Source: Octopus bimaculoides (Eukaryota). From it: a DNA stretch of 64,000 nt. The position numbers and the translations under genes were made by a program. This document shows positions 40,812-54,959 of this stretch, one piece after another (position 1 is the first letter of the stretch; each line of letters starts with the position of its first letter). The notes under the pieces are model-generated. The model saw only the letters and a list, made by a program, of their open reading frames with translations, was not told the DNA's origin and made no database searches. The DNA lies in the NCBI RefSeq assembly GCF_001194135.2, contig NC_068986.1, positions 46,512,977 to 46,576,976 of the forward strand, read 5' to 3'.

Positions 40812-40875
40812 CAGGAATGCCTATAATCATCAGTCTGTTCGATATTGGCAGCTATACAATCGAACAGCAATAACA
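40812..40875 (-). CDS. Candidate exon (phase 1-2): LLLFDCIAANIEQTDDYRHS
   Basis: ctttcctttgcatttgttctcag| ... CCTG|gtatgc; only one frame is open. Confidence 0.45.
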
Positions 40876-43762
40876 CTGAGAACAAATGCAAAGGAAAGTT
40901 GTTGTAACTATATTAGCTCTGCCATAAATTATATCAGTTCTGCTTACTCTTTCAATATCTTTGTTGCTAACCACTATAAAGTTGTAAAACATAAAAGAGC
41001 ATTTTTTAAATTATAAGAACTACACACAGTGCTTTGTGACAGCTCAAACAAATTAATTAAAATAATTGAACAACCAAAGAATACACACACTTCTGCTACA
41101 ATTATACCACTCTAAACTCCTATCTTATCTAATTATCTATCTAGGCTTGAATTCATAATCTAAGCCTAAACAAAATGCAGAGGTATAAAGCTGCTCTAAT
41201 GAATTACTATCAGTGTCCTTTTTCTTTATTTCTGCTGCAATAACTGCTCAAACTTTTTAGTCATATACAAACCTCTCAAATGTACTCTGAAGTGATACAT
41301 ATTATATAGAAACAGTATATCTATACATGTGTATAGATAGATATATACAGGCATGCATACATACATACATGCATATATATACATATGGCATTATGAAGGG
41401 CATTCACCCATCGAAACTATTCACTCCAATTCACCCAAATTGCATAATAGAAAGTGAGGTGTAATAGGTCAAATTAATGGAAGGTATGCATATGTGTGTG
41501 TGAGTATATATATATAGATTAGAGACAGGTATTCTCTATATAGAATACACTTCGTAGTGCACATACATTATTTTGAACCAACAAGCCCCCAGAAACAGCT
41601 GTTGGTCTCATAAAACTCTTAATCAAACCCTTTATTCTGTGTTAGTTGAGATTTTTCTATGTATACATATGTACATTTTTTGTGTTAAATGTATTTAATA
41701 TTTTTTGTATATCGACTTGTCCTTACATTTACTCCCATATATATATGTGAGTGTATGTGTGTATAAATATATAATCTTTAATGGGTAAGAATACATCAAA
41801 AAGACATGTAACAGATACAAAGAATTAGTGCTGAGATACTTAAACTCCACCATCAAATGAAGATCCAGGTAAACAAGAATTGGCTATAGACAATGTACCA
41901 GTCTAGTTAATGAACGTATAATGAAATTAAAGATGGACAGGCAGTTGCTAACAGCATCAAAATATTTATAAAATAGTTACGTAGAAGTGAGTATAAAATA
42001 ATATCATTGAAACTTGTGTTATTTTATATAATCCCAAAAACCCCAATCTACCTCATGCATATGTATACACTATGCAAAACACTGCACTTAGCGATCACCA
42101 AACACCAGAAACAGCTGTAAAGGATTAACTATATTCTAATCTGGGAAATTAGAGTATGAACTCTCTGAATATCAACCTATCTATGAAGAACTACAATGAA
42201 CTTATGCTTTCCTGCTTACTTATATTCACTTCTATGTAACTATTTTAGAAATGCTTTGCTGCCAGAAGCAACCAATTGCCCATCTTACATTTAATTATAC
42301 TCTCTCTCTCTCTCTCTCACACTTTCTCTATCTATCCATCTGTCCATCCATTCGTCTGGCCATCTATCTATTTATCTGATCATCATTATCATCTAATGTC
42401 TATTTTCCATGCTTGCATGGACTGGACAGTTTGACAGGAGCTGGCAAGCCAGAGGACTGTGCATCACTTTGCTGCCTGCTTTGGCATCGTTGCTATGGCT
42501 GAATGCCCTTCATAATGCCATATGTATATGTATGTATGTATGTATGTATCTATTTATATGCATGTAGAGATATACTGTTTCTATATATAATGTATCACTT
42601 CAAAGTACATTTGTTAATCATATTCCATCAGTTTCCATCATGGAACTGATCTCCCTAAGCAGGCTTGCCTCAAACCAATCAACAAGAAACATTTCCACTT
42701 CATGTCAAAGCTGGTGACATTGCAAATAACACATTGAGTGCTTTAAGTATGATGTTACTTTATATATATATATTTTTTTTTTTTTACAGGCCATTCTAAA
42801 CTATGAAGGTGGATGCAATGGATATTAAGCCTATGATTGCTATTTAACTAGATTATTATCCAGCTTACTTCATCACAGAAATGAATAAGATATACTTGAA
42901 AATAAAAATACTACTTTATATTATTTCTCCTCAGATGTGATAAAAACATTTTCTAGTTAGCTACACCACTATTTTAAGTCTGCTTTTCATACTGATATTT
43001 CTTAGACAAATCTACATTATCAGTTCATTCTTGGTTCTTCTATTCCAACATTACTAATGCTTTCTCTGTAAGAGCTTTTCAATTGATATGCTGCATAGTT
43101 AAGTGTCACAAAGAGTACTTAAAGGACTAATGAAATTATCAAATGTATAATAGACAGAACATTAAAAAAGAAAATTATATTATAACATTTTAAAAGAAAA
43201 ACAGATACAAATACTTCAGAACAAAATGTGGCATTATATTGTACCAACAATGAGGTAAGAAAGAAAATACCAGGAAATTTAGAAATTTGGTGTTTTTAAT
43301 CAGAACCGACGCATATGTGTATTTATTTGTCACAAAGGGCAATGCATGTTGCCATCTCTGTTTTAGAGCAATTTTGATACTCATTATTTTCTTTATATCT
43401 TTTATATTCAGCTTGTTTCAGTCATTAGACTGCTGTCATACTGGAGTACCACCTTGAAGGGTTTAGTTGGACAAATTGACCCTAGTATTTAATTTTTAAG
43501 TCTGGTACATATTCTATCTGTCTCTTTTGCTTGATCACTAAGATACAGGGAACTTAACAAATCAATACTGTAGGTCAACCATAAACACACACACACACAC
43601 ACACACATGCACCATCAACATCATTCAATGTATGTAGTCCATGTTGGCATGGATTGGATGGTTTGACCAGAGCTGGCAAGTTGCACCAGAATCCAGTCTA
43701 ATTTGGCATGGTTTCTATTGCTGGATGCCCTCCCTAATTTCAACCACTTTACAGTGTGTGCT

Positions 43763-43900
43763 GGGTGCTTTTACTTGGCACTGCATGAGTGCTCTTACAT
43801 GGTACCTCACAGGTGCTTTCACTTGCTGCTGCATGGGCGTTTTTACATGGTACCACATGGGAGCTTTTATGTGGTACTGCCATGAGTACTTTACACCACC
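43763..43900. repeat. Degenerate 24-bp minisatellite (about 5.5 units)
   Basis: GGGTGCTTTTACTTGGCACTGCAT / GAGTGCTCTTACATGGTACCTCAC / AGGTGCTTTCACTTGCTGCTGCAT / GGGCGTTTTTACATGGTACCACAT / GGGAGCTTTTATGTGGTACTGCCAT. Confidence 0.8.
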
Positions 43901-43967
43901 AGAAGGATCAGTCATAACACTCCTACTGTGGAGTATGGGTCTTCACACACACACACACACATGTATG

Positions 43968-43998
<31 letters not shown>

Positions 43999-44058
43999 GT
44001 GTGTGTGTGTATGTATATATATACATGTATGTGTGTATATATGTGTGTGTGTGTGTGT

Positions 44059-44102
<44 letters not shown>

Positions 44103-44104
44103 AC

Positions 44105-44260
44105 ATGATGGGCTTCCACATAATTTCTGTCTACCAAATTCACTCACAAGGCATTGGTTGGCTTGGGGCTGTAGCAAAAGACACTTGCCCAAGGAGCCAT
44201 GCAGTGCAACTGAACCCAAAACAGCATGGCTGCAAAGTGAGCTTCTTAATCACACAGACA
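44105..44260 (-). mobile_element. tRNA-derived SINE copy
   Basis: CTACCAAATTCACTCACAAGGC...GACACTTGCCCAAGG...CTTCTTAATCACACAG. Confidence 0.7.
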
Positions 44261-47200
44261 GACCTATACCTATAAATAATAAAACTTTAAAAAAAACCTG
44301 ATAGTTTGCCATAATACTTTTAGCACCTTATTCAATGTACAAGTGACAGAAAAGTATTAAAAGTGACTGCTCTTATTTATCACCACATCTAGAACTATTC
44401 TTAAGTTTCATTTCTATTCATTTTTACCATGTCTCTGATATTACAGCTATATAAATATATAATAATACTTCTACTTCAAAAGTAAATCTTCCATAAGTTC
44501 ATATTATCTGTCCCCCCCCCCAATTTCTTTTCCATTTATATATCATTTATATATTAAAAATAGACATATAATATGTTTGAATGAAGGAAAACATTACAAT
44601 GATTGAATAGCAAGCAAAATAATAAACTACTTATTCTGATATGACTACCAATTGTTTATTCTAAAAAGAAAAAAAAAATGTTTCTTGAAATGTCTGAATT
44701 TTATATTATATACTATGATATTTTTATATTAAAATATTTACAGTCTGTTATTCAATATTTATTTTTACAACATTTATTGCGTTCAGTTATTTTGCTTGTT
44801 ATCAAATATTGAAATTATGACCTTTAATTTGAAATATTCCTTTTTTATAACTTTATATAAAACTTTTTTAATGTCTATAAATTAGATATCTTGTTAACTG
44901 TGCAATAGCAACAATTAAATCATATTTATCATTTCACAAAAAGTTACTACTAAAACAATACACTTTAAGTGACAAGTTTTATGAACAGTAATAATATCTG
45001 TCATATCGTTAAGCAATATCAACTTTATTAGTTTTTCTTCTATTTTATGGAAATGAAATTTTCATTGCTATCATTCTCTTTATATACTATAATATTAAAA
45101 AATACCATCTGAGATGACAAACAGAGTAAAGCACTGGAATAAATATATTATTTCATCAAGATGACAGAACTGGTAGAGCAATAAATTAAATTCCATGCAG
45201 TATTAAGTTCAAATCCCAAATTCAAACTCTGCAGACATCAATTTCTACCTCTTTGTATGTCAATAAACTAAGAACCAGTTAAACACATTGATTTACCAAC
45301 TGTTCTCTCACCCAAATTTATAGCTTTGTGTCAGTGTTAAAAATTATTTACTTTTTCCTTTGTGAGGTTCAAAGACTATTCTTACAAAGCTGATAATGTA
45401 AGCATGAATCAAATCCTAAGAAAGAAACTACCAGAAACAAGCAAAATTCATTGCATTCCTTTTATTTTTCATTTTTATTTTTCAGTTAGCAAAGCTATTT
45501 GGTAATGAAAGTATACAAAAATGGTTTTATGTCACCATTGAAAACCATTGATTATATAGTATAGTGTCAAACATGAGATCACTATCATATTTTCTTCATA
45601 TTTTTTAGGTGCAGCATTGTGATTAAAGATATTTGGATTTCAGGATAGCATTATAAGGAGTAATGTGGTTCATGATTAAGAAGTTAGGTGAAAGGCTATT
45701 TCAAAACTACAGAGAGAGGAGGGGGAGAGAGAGAGTGTGTGTGTGTGTGCATGAATGCATACGTGTGTGTGTGTGTGTGTGTGTGTAATGTAGTGGGTTA
45801 AAATATATATGAATAGATTAGCGGGGGGGGGGGGGCAGACGCTTGTCTACTAAAAAAAATGAATGAAATATGTTTTAAAATAAAGTAGAGAGAATGGTAA
45901 AATAGTATTATTGTCATTAATTGTAAAGAAGGATCTCGGATTTCCTAACTTTTAACAGAAGGTAAGTTTTAACAACTATTTCTTTCCAAAACAGCATACT
46001 GGATATATTCAACAAGCTTTTACATACATATTAGTACACAATTGTTTTTGATATGCTGTTGAATATTGTTTAATGTTGGTTAAAATATAATTATTAATGT
46101 AGATATGAGTAACTAGATAGTAAGATTCATTAATAACATAGATATACACAGGAATAAGAAGATTATTAAATGTTAGCAATACAAGTATTTTAGTCATATA
46201 TTTTAAAAGACACATCCCATAAATAAGACTAATTATTTTCCAGTTCAATAGCATCTCTTAGGGATATTTCTTTATATAGAAATGAAGCCAAAGCATTTTC
46301 AGGAAACAGGTAGAAAATAAATTTGTAATATTCATGCCTTTTTTAAACATATCAGTTGAAAGAAAACGACATGATTCCTGCTGGGATTATAGAAAGAAAA
46401 CATTGATTTGCTTATAACTTGCTGTCAAAATGAAACTAAGCTGCAGATGTAATTAATGTTATCGAATGACCTTAAATAGCCCTCTTGGAGAAAATTTATA
46501 TTACAGGAAGACCTAGAGGTTCACTATATTGTGTATGACAGGTTTTCATCTCATCTGGTGTTGTAAGATATCAGCATATTGATCTGAATCAAACTTTATA
46601 GTTTAAGTTAGTTCTCAAATCTTGGTTATCTGATCTTTATTATGAATGAGCTTTTATAAGATTAAGACATAAACATATTGGTTTCTAAGTGAAAATGCAT
46701 TAAGCACGCGATTCTTTTAAGCAATAGAAAATAGGTAGTTATGATATTTACTGTTTTTAAAGAGAGAAATAATTGTGTCTATCAAACAAAATGAAGTGTG
46801 TATCTTTTTTCATAAAAAAACTTTTGCAAATGATTGAGCAATGCAAAGATAACAAAACTAAATCAACTAAATTATTCTTCTATCAAATTCATTCACAATA
46901 TTGAAATGATGATTAATATATCATCTAAATTAAATGTTCATGTATGACATTAATTATACCTCAGATTATTTATTTTTTCATTTACCAATCTAAAAGAGAT
47001 TTTTTTTTTCGTAATCAGTGATGCAGCTCCTTTTAGATCACAAACTGGAGAGTACAAGTGAGATTGTTGCAGTTAATATCGAGCGTAAACAGTTGAAGGT
47101 TAGGGTATTATGATGATACAGGATTGAAAATGCTCTGTAGGATAAATGTTTCACATATAGTGTGAGCAAGCGTTAGAGGGAGACATGGAGAAGAAGAATT

Positions 47201-49035
47201 TTGCTATATCAGATGGTTTTTATGTGAAAGCAGAGAAGAGCCTGCAAAAGACAAAACATAAAACCTTTTATATTAGTCATATATGTAGAGTTTATTGAAT
47301 GAATGGATTGAAAATTTGCCTTTTCAGAAATAAAGCTTAAGTTTGACTACAGAATTTCATAATAGTTGAGCATGGGAGGGTCTGGTGGTTACATATTTCT
47401 AAAGAAATCCAAATTTCTTGATTCGGTTGTAAAGTTCAGAAGCTAGAAATACTTGCTAACATCTAGTAATAAATTATCATATAAAGATGGTGAAGAATGT
47501 AAAATCTGGCTTCCTCCATAAACAATAGACTCTTTGTCTTGAAATTTTGTAAGTTTCTTTGAGCAAACATGCTATATACATTTTTCTATTATCCTTTTTC
47601 TCTTATTTTTTTTATTGTACAATAACTTTTTCATTGATATCCTCTTTCATGATACCAGTTTTATGTTTAAACTGTGATGAAAGTCATTCATATCAAGTTT
47701 AAAGTATGCTAATGGCTTGACCTTTTTAGTGCTAATTGTAGTACACTACTTGGCAGGTGATGTCATGTAAGGCATGTTGCTATATTCATTCACTTTTATA
47801 AGACTAAATCTAGTTTGCGATCTGCTGAGAGAATTTGTAATCTGATAAAACAGGTCTTTTCATTTCTTTTATATGATATAAACACTGCAAATCTGTTATT
47901 CCATGCAACTCACATACATACTCGAGGAAAGGCAACTGAATAATAGAGAAAAACAATTGAATGAGAGAGACTTTCACTTGCATATATATTAAGAAAATAC
48001 ATCCTTTTTTCAGTTGATGTGCAGTTTGTTTTCACAATTTCTCATTTCTTTGGGACAGTTGACACTTCTCACATATAATGTCCTCATATATTGACAGAAG
48101 CAAAACCGGTTTCATTCTACAAATGCCCACTGAAATTAAGGCAGTATGAGCATGTGTAGGAGGAATGAATAGTTTATTTGCCAATTATATGGCACAGAGA
48201 ATCATAAGATTCACTCAATAGCCAACGTGACAATATACTTTCCAGTCTCTAAAATATTTCTTGTATATTACTTGAGGATGTATAATTTACTAAAAATAGA
48301 TCCAATACTTAATTTTTCTTCTTTTACAAGATAATTACGCTCTTGTGTTCACTTCTACACTAATTCCAATTTTACCTATGATGCAGGTAAACAGTGTAAC
48401 TAACTCATAATATTATCAATAGTTTAATCCATTACCTTAATTACTTCTAAAAGTGTATGTGTTCATATATATATATATATATATATAAAATATATAGTTT
48501 TAGGGAAAATAACCAATTTTCAAGAACTCATCGATGAAAATCCACTATCACATATAGAAAAATTAATAATTAAAAGCACAATAAATGAGTATAATATAAA
48601 GTAAAGTAAATATCATAAGATAAATATAATATATAATATAATATAATATAATAATAATAATTATTATATTTATCTTATGATATTTACTTTACTTTATATT
48701 ATACTCATTTATTGTGCTTTTAATTTTTAATAATTAATTTTTNNNNNNNNNNNNNNNNNNNNNNNNNNNNNNNNNNNNNNNNNNNNNNNNNNNNNNNNNN
48801 NNNNNNNNNNNNNNNNNNNNNNNNNNNNNNNNNNNNNNNNNNNNNNNNNNNNNNNNNNNNNNNNNNNNNNNNNNNNNNNNNNNNNNNNNNNNNNNNNNNN
48901 NNNNNNNNNNNNNNNNNNNNNNNNNNNNNNNNNNNNNNNNNNNNNNNNNNNNNNNNNNNNNNNNNNNNNNNNNNNNNNNNNNNNNNNNNNNNNNNNNNNN
49001 NNNNNNNNNNNNNNNNNNNNNNNNNNNNNNNNNNN

Positions 49036-49085
<50 letters not shown>

Positions 49086-50362
49086 GCAAAAGTATTCTCT
49101 ATCGCACACATAAATATTAGCCGGATTTTATACTGGAGATGTGAACTCGCATATTTGATACTCTAATGTTACTTTGTAGTCTTTTGTAATTAGTAGCCAC
49201 ATAAGATATGCAACTGTAACGTGTGGAACATCAACAGGGTTTGAAGCAAAAATAAAATTGAAATAATTCAATATTAAAGCAAGCTGTGGAATGTAGGCAA
49301 TAACAAAAAGCAATCAAAAGCACTTTAACAGCATTTTTGCATTAGTCATGTGTTGACACAATTGCTATTTGCATTTAAAATATTTTCCCTCATCTTAAGA
49401 TAAGATTTTAGATTAAATTTACAGGAGAAAGAAATTGGTAGAAACTTGGCTTTTTACCTTTTATTCTCTTATTAGTTTCAACCATTAAACTAAGGCTATG
49501 CTGGGGCACTTTCAAAATTTTTACTTAATTAAATTTATTTGTTTTTTTTTTAGTTTGATACTTATTATTTGAAGGGCCTCTTTTGAGTGAGAGTGTTTAA
49601 GTTTTTGACTTAAAAGGATCTAACACTATATCTGAATACCAGAAGGTATTTGTTTGAAATACACTGAGATTTTACATAACCACACACACACACAAACAAC
49701 AATAAAACAAACTTCCTCACAGTTTTTGTCAACCAAATTGCATTCATACAACGTTGATCAATCAGTGGGCTGTGGTAGAAAGAAACACTTGCCCAAAGTG
49801 ACATGGACTCTGATTGAACTATGTGATTTCAAGCGAGGTTCTTCATTACACCACCATGCTTTTATTTTATAAACATAAAGAGAAAAAAAATCAAGTGTAT
49901 ATGTAATAAGGAACACTTACAAACCCATAACTTTAATGGTTAAGAAATTATTATAAGTTTAGATATAAATGTTTTATCTAAATTACGAGAGGAAAAATTT
50001 TGCAAGATTCTTTTCTTGACACTTTCTGTGTGCAACAAAGATTGTCCAGTCATCTACTAGTTAATTCTAACTGTGTGCATTCTAGAAAAGAAAAGAAAAC
50101 TTTTAATAAAATTCCACTGTCTATATCCAGGTCATTATGAATATCCTTGTATAAGATGACACTAAGTATGGATTAGAAATAGAAGCTACTTTTGCTGAAG
50201 CTAACCACACATTTGATATAGGTATCAGATGTTACTTAACTATGAACAGAAACTTATGGATATTGACAATGTATGACCTAAGAAAGAGAATGTGTGTCAT
50301 CAGAAACCAGTATATCAGCTCTTTTGAGGAAACTTATGCTTGCTTTTTTTAAATTTTTATAG

Positions 50363-50470
50363 AATTTGAAGTTGACAATGGGCCCAGCAATACTGTTTGT
50401 CGAGAGTTACTTCATCAGCTGTCATCCCTGTCTTTTTCCCTCTGGAACAGCACATAAAGTGTTAAGTAGA
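50363..50470 (+). other. Candidate 108-nt exon (phase 0-0): NLKLTMGPAILFVESYFISCHPCLFPSGTAHKVLSR
   Basis: tttttttaaatttttatag| ... AGA|gtaaga; locally GC-elevated; no family recognised. Confidence 0.3.
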
Positions 50471-53400
50471 GTAAGAATAAGATAATTGTGAAAGGAAGAT
50501 TTCAGTTATTATCAGGGAGACAATATTTGCTTCCTAAATGTTTACTGTGAGTAAACAGTAATTTGTGCATATGTCAGTAGCAGTTAATCTTTCTAAATTG
50601 TTTGTAATGCTTCACGAATTTAAACAGCAAATGGCTTTTAGATTAACAGAAGGAAATTCAATATTTGGCAAATGAGCTACAAAATACCTTAATGGCTTCA
50701 GTTAATCTTTGTTTACGACAAACTAAATGGTCTGATTAGATTAGCATTTTGGAAACAAGGTTAATCCAGTAATGTAGTATAAAATACCAAAACTTAGATC
50801 TAAGCAGGAACAACAGCAAAACTATCCAGCAAATGCCAAAAAATTAATGAAAATATAGTTTTAAAAGATCTGTGTTGCTAATGAAAGCACATTACTGATA
50901 ATCATATGGTTTAACATTTTTCACACAATATATAAAACTTCTCACGCAACCTATATTTTCAAGCTCAAGAAGCATTAACAGATATTTTTCTTTAACAGCA
51001 GTATTCTACAAACTTTAGTATAATGAGAGCAGTTGACTTATTTAGTAAATATCCCTAAAGGATTATTTAAATAAGCTATATTACAGAATACAGGAATCAC
51101 CTTAGAACAAGTGATAAGATAGGCAAGGTCTATGAGTCAGTTTCACTTCTTTATTGTAATCATCATAATCCTTTCATTTACTTTTCTAACAAACATTAAA
51201 AAAGAAACATGAATGTCACATCTCTTCAGTGTTTTGTGTGAAAGAAACAATTAATTATATCAAAGACTGTTATGTGAATACATTTAAAGTGAGATTACTA
51301 TACTGATCAATATTAAAACAGCAACAGTTTTTTAAGTTAGTACTTCTGAGTCTTATCAGCATATTGAATTCTATTTACAATGTATGATTAAAACAAAAGA
51401 CTATGTAATTAATATAAAATTGTATCCTATCAATTTTATTCTAGTTTTTTTTTAATATTTCTCATTCACAAGCATTTAAGAAATATATTAGTGTAATTAT
51501 CTAATATTTTTTGTTCTAAAATATTCAACCATAATGCCATGCATATTATCATATTCAAATCTAATGAAATAAAATGAATATTTTAGAAATAGGCATAGAT
51601 ATGTGGTTAAGAAGTTTGCTTCTCAGCATTGTGATTGCAGATTCAATCCCATTGTGTCGCATCTTGGTCAGGTATCTTCTAATATATCCCTTAGCCAACC
51701 AAAACCTTGTGAGTAGATTTGGTTGATGAAAACTAAAAGAAGCCTATCATATATACATGCATGAACACTTCATCTGATCCATGCAAACAGGGAAAAAGGA
51801 ATATTGAAAGAATAATGAAGATAAAAATGAACAAAAATTTGAACTACAGCAGAATTTTCTTATTTCTTCCTTTAGTTTTTTTTATCTTAGAGGAGCTTCT
51901 TAAAAATTACAATGGGAACTACAATCTGTTGAAGCATAAGACCAAACAGGGCAATTTTTAATTGAAACAATTTGATAATAATTCCCACTTGTCTGTCAGC
52001 ATAGTGTTCAATAGCCTTCACTGATAGCCTGTTGTTGCATCGATTATGTCTTCCAAATTTTTGTTCAACTTCATTGAGTCAATACTTTAAAATAATCTCA
52101 AGTACCACTTTAAATATTAAGATACCAAAATCCAGAAATCACACTTGGAATTCGATCAAGTAAACTCTTTGAAGCAAAAGTGAATAAACTACTAAACAAA
52201 AAAAGACATCATATGACAACACTTTAGATTTGATTTGCTTACTATCTCAGCCATTTTCTTTTACTAGTTAAAGCCATTTAAGGAATACAAATCATGATGC
52301 CAGATGAAATCTTACACAAGAAATTGGATTTAAATTAGATATATGTGACAAAAATTCAATAAAAATACAATATCTTGAGATAGAAAAAGATTACATAAAA
52401 CAATAAAACTATGAAAATGGTTTTGTTTAGTGAAAACCTGTTTATTAAAATGCTAGAGAAATTTGAAAATGATTTTGTAAAAGAAAGTCTAAAAATTATT
52501 TCAATATATTTAAAAAAATAAGTATGAAAAAATTCATATTTCCTGGAATAGTATTTCAATTTATAAAAAAAGCAATTAGCCATCTGGAAAATTGAAATGT
52601 GAGACGTGACAATATTATGATTGAAGAGAAATTTTTAACTATTTGTTAAATTAAACATTCAACAACAAATAAAAAGAAAGTATGGAAAATGTTTATTACT
52701 TTCTGAAATCTGTTTTCCCATTGAATTATTGTTATTATTCTTTTTAATTGATTAGAACATAAACAGTGGCAACAATTTTCATTTCACCTAAATTATACAG
52801 TTGACAGAAGAAAATCCATTTTTATAGAAGAAAATATCAGGAGAAAGCATACCTATGCAATCGAAATAACATTTTTGATTTATATTTGATTCGTAAATTT
52901 CATGAAATTTCGTGTAAACCAGTGAGATAATTTTTTAATCTAAGTCATGTAATCTATACATTTTTAATGAAAAATTTACATTCTTTTTAACATGAGCCAA
53001 TATTTATTTGAAGGATATTCTCTCACAAGTACCATCTTTATGAGAAAATAATTTCTATACAAACTTTTCTGTTTAAGTTTTCTACACGATTCATTGAAAA
53101 ATCTATTTTTCATCAAATTAAACATATAAACAGTATTATTATTATGTATTTGATAATTGTATTTAATATATATATTTAGTATCTATTATTACATATTCAA
53201 AAGTTGGAAATTTTTAAGAAGCATTTATGAATTTACTTGCTTCATCTGATAGATAATTTCTTCTTAATGAGCACACAAGGTAAATATTTAAGCATCTTTG
53301 TAGCTGTTTGTTCATTTTGCATACATTTTTTTTTCCATGCTAGCATGGGTTAGATGAATATATAATTGCTGAAACCTTTGCTGTCGGATGCCTTATACCT

Positions 53401-53832
53401 TGGAAAGCACAGAGCCAGAAGATGATTTGTTGTTGGGGAATGACAACAGGTTTCACTATTTGTAGCTCAGTATCTTTTAATGAGAAGTGCAGAATGTAAA
53501 TACTTATACAAACACACACACACATATGCTTAAGGCTGACCAATGCCTTATGAATTAATTTACATAAAAGAGGTATGATGTAATGGGACTGAATGCAAAA
53601 TCACATAGTTGAGAATCAAAATTCTCAACCACTCAGCAATCTATAAGAATTTCTTTGGTCATTAGTGAGTGAGATGTACATCATACATCCCTTGCCTTAC
53701 CACATGTATGTGTTAAAGTCCTCTATACTGTACCCACATACAGTCAGTCATACAATGGTGAACTTAAGTATTCACATACATATATATATAAACACACATG
53801 CACTCTCTCTCTCTCTCACTCACACATTTATA

Positions 53833-54682
53833 CAGTGTTCAGGATAAATTTGACAATATTTTACATCTTATTTTAGGAACAGCTTGATATGTTGGTGAAC
53901 AGTCAGTGGCATCAGAGAGCATAAAGTTGTAATTGAGATAAAACTTAAGTTGGTGTGAATGAGTTGAAGCCATCTGAATACTGGAAAAGTTACCTGTATG
54001 ATGATGATTTTTGGCAGCTATCAAAATGCCAACATCATGATTGTTTCTCAAGGCTCTGTAAACACTGTAAAGGCTAGAAGATGTGATATTAATATCTGTA
54101 ATGCAGACCCCCAAACCTTTGGTCAGCAGGGAGGTACACAAAAGGCATTCTGGTTGTGTCTGCAACCTGGAATCCATTCCCACATATTTGAACAGGGCTC
54201 AGTTCAGATGGCTATGTGGAGCTGTTGGAAACTGTGGTCAATTCCTGGCTGGAGAGGATTGCTGCTGGAAGGCCATGTGTTACAGTAGGATTTGACTCCT
54301 TGCAACTCGAAAAAGAGTCAAACGTAGCTGTTGGAGAATTCTTTTGACTTCACAGTTCCAGTTTCTGGCCTCCTCCAATTGTAATCCCCTGGATTACTAT
54401 CTATAAGGTGCAGTTGAGAAAGACCCAACCACTACCTGCCATAGTAAGGCTAAGCTGATAACCAAAGGGACACAGTGAGGAACACATGCACCAGTTTCTG
54501 GAGCTATCTTGAGGTGATAGTGGAAGTTGAGGGCTCCTACTTTGAATAAACTGTTATCACCCAGCCTCTTAGCCATAATCTAGTTATCTTTTTTATTTTT
54601 CAAAATACGTTTATTTTTGGATGAGATATTGTTGTTTTCTTTTCCTTTTATGCAAACTGTCAAATTTAGTCCAAATACTTTG
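53833..54682 (+). mobile_element. Tc1/mariner-superfamily (probably maT/DD37D-like) remnant with degenerate TIRs
   Basis: Ends TA|CAGTGTTCAGGATAAATTTGACA and TGTCAAATTTAGTCCAAATACTTTG|TA; internal fragments QDLTPCNS (decayed QDSAPCH) and NCNPLDYYL*GAVEKD. Confidence 0.65.
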
Positions 54683-54959
54683 TACACACACACATAATCA
54701 AGAATATTCATAAAGACACTCAACATCTTTGGCCAATTCTGTGTGTTGACTTAAGGAAGATAAAATTAAGTATATCATAACTTGATCCATAGTAAGGCAC
54801 ACAAAGCCATATAATATTCCCAGGAGGTACCAACTCTGCTCTGAGGAATCCATGTCTATTCTGTTGATCAATGAGAAGATCATTAATAGAGTTTCTGAAA
54901 GATGCCTACATGCGTATAAAAGTACTTTCGTACAAAGTAATGGGAATGAATTTGAGTAA

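Noticed and set aside
41208-41243. Minus segment IAAEIKKKDTD that would supply a D-x-D before the 40875 exon
   Set aside because: Purine-rich poor acceptor and no GS motif; the Lys run is just a plus-strand pyrimidine tract. Probably pattern over-fitting.
43763-43900. CRISPR-like periodicity
   Set aside because: Contiguous degenerate units with no unique spacers, eukaryotic context, no cas genes.
47110-47700. RTGATGA box C motifs (also near 1197 and 32695)
   Set aside because: No suitably placed CTGA box D with terminal stem, so no snoRNA was called.
48568-48725. Near-perfect ~60-bp inverted repeat
   Set aside because: It abuts an N gap with an (ATAAT)n centre and has a mismatch-free core; a contig-end assembly artefact is likely.
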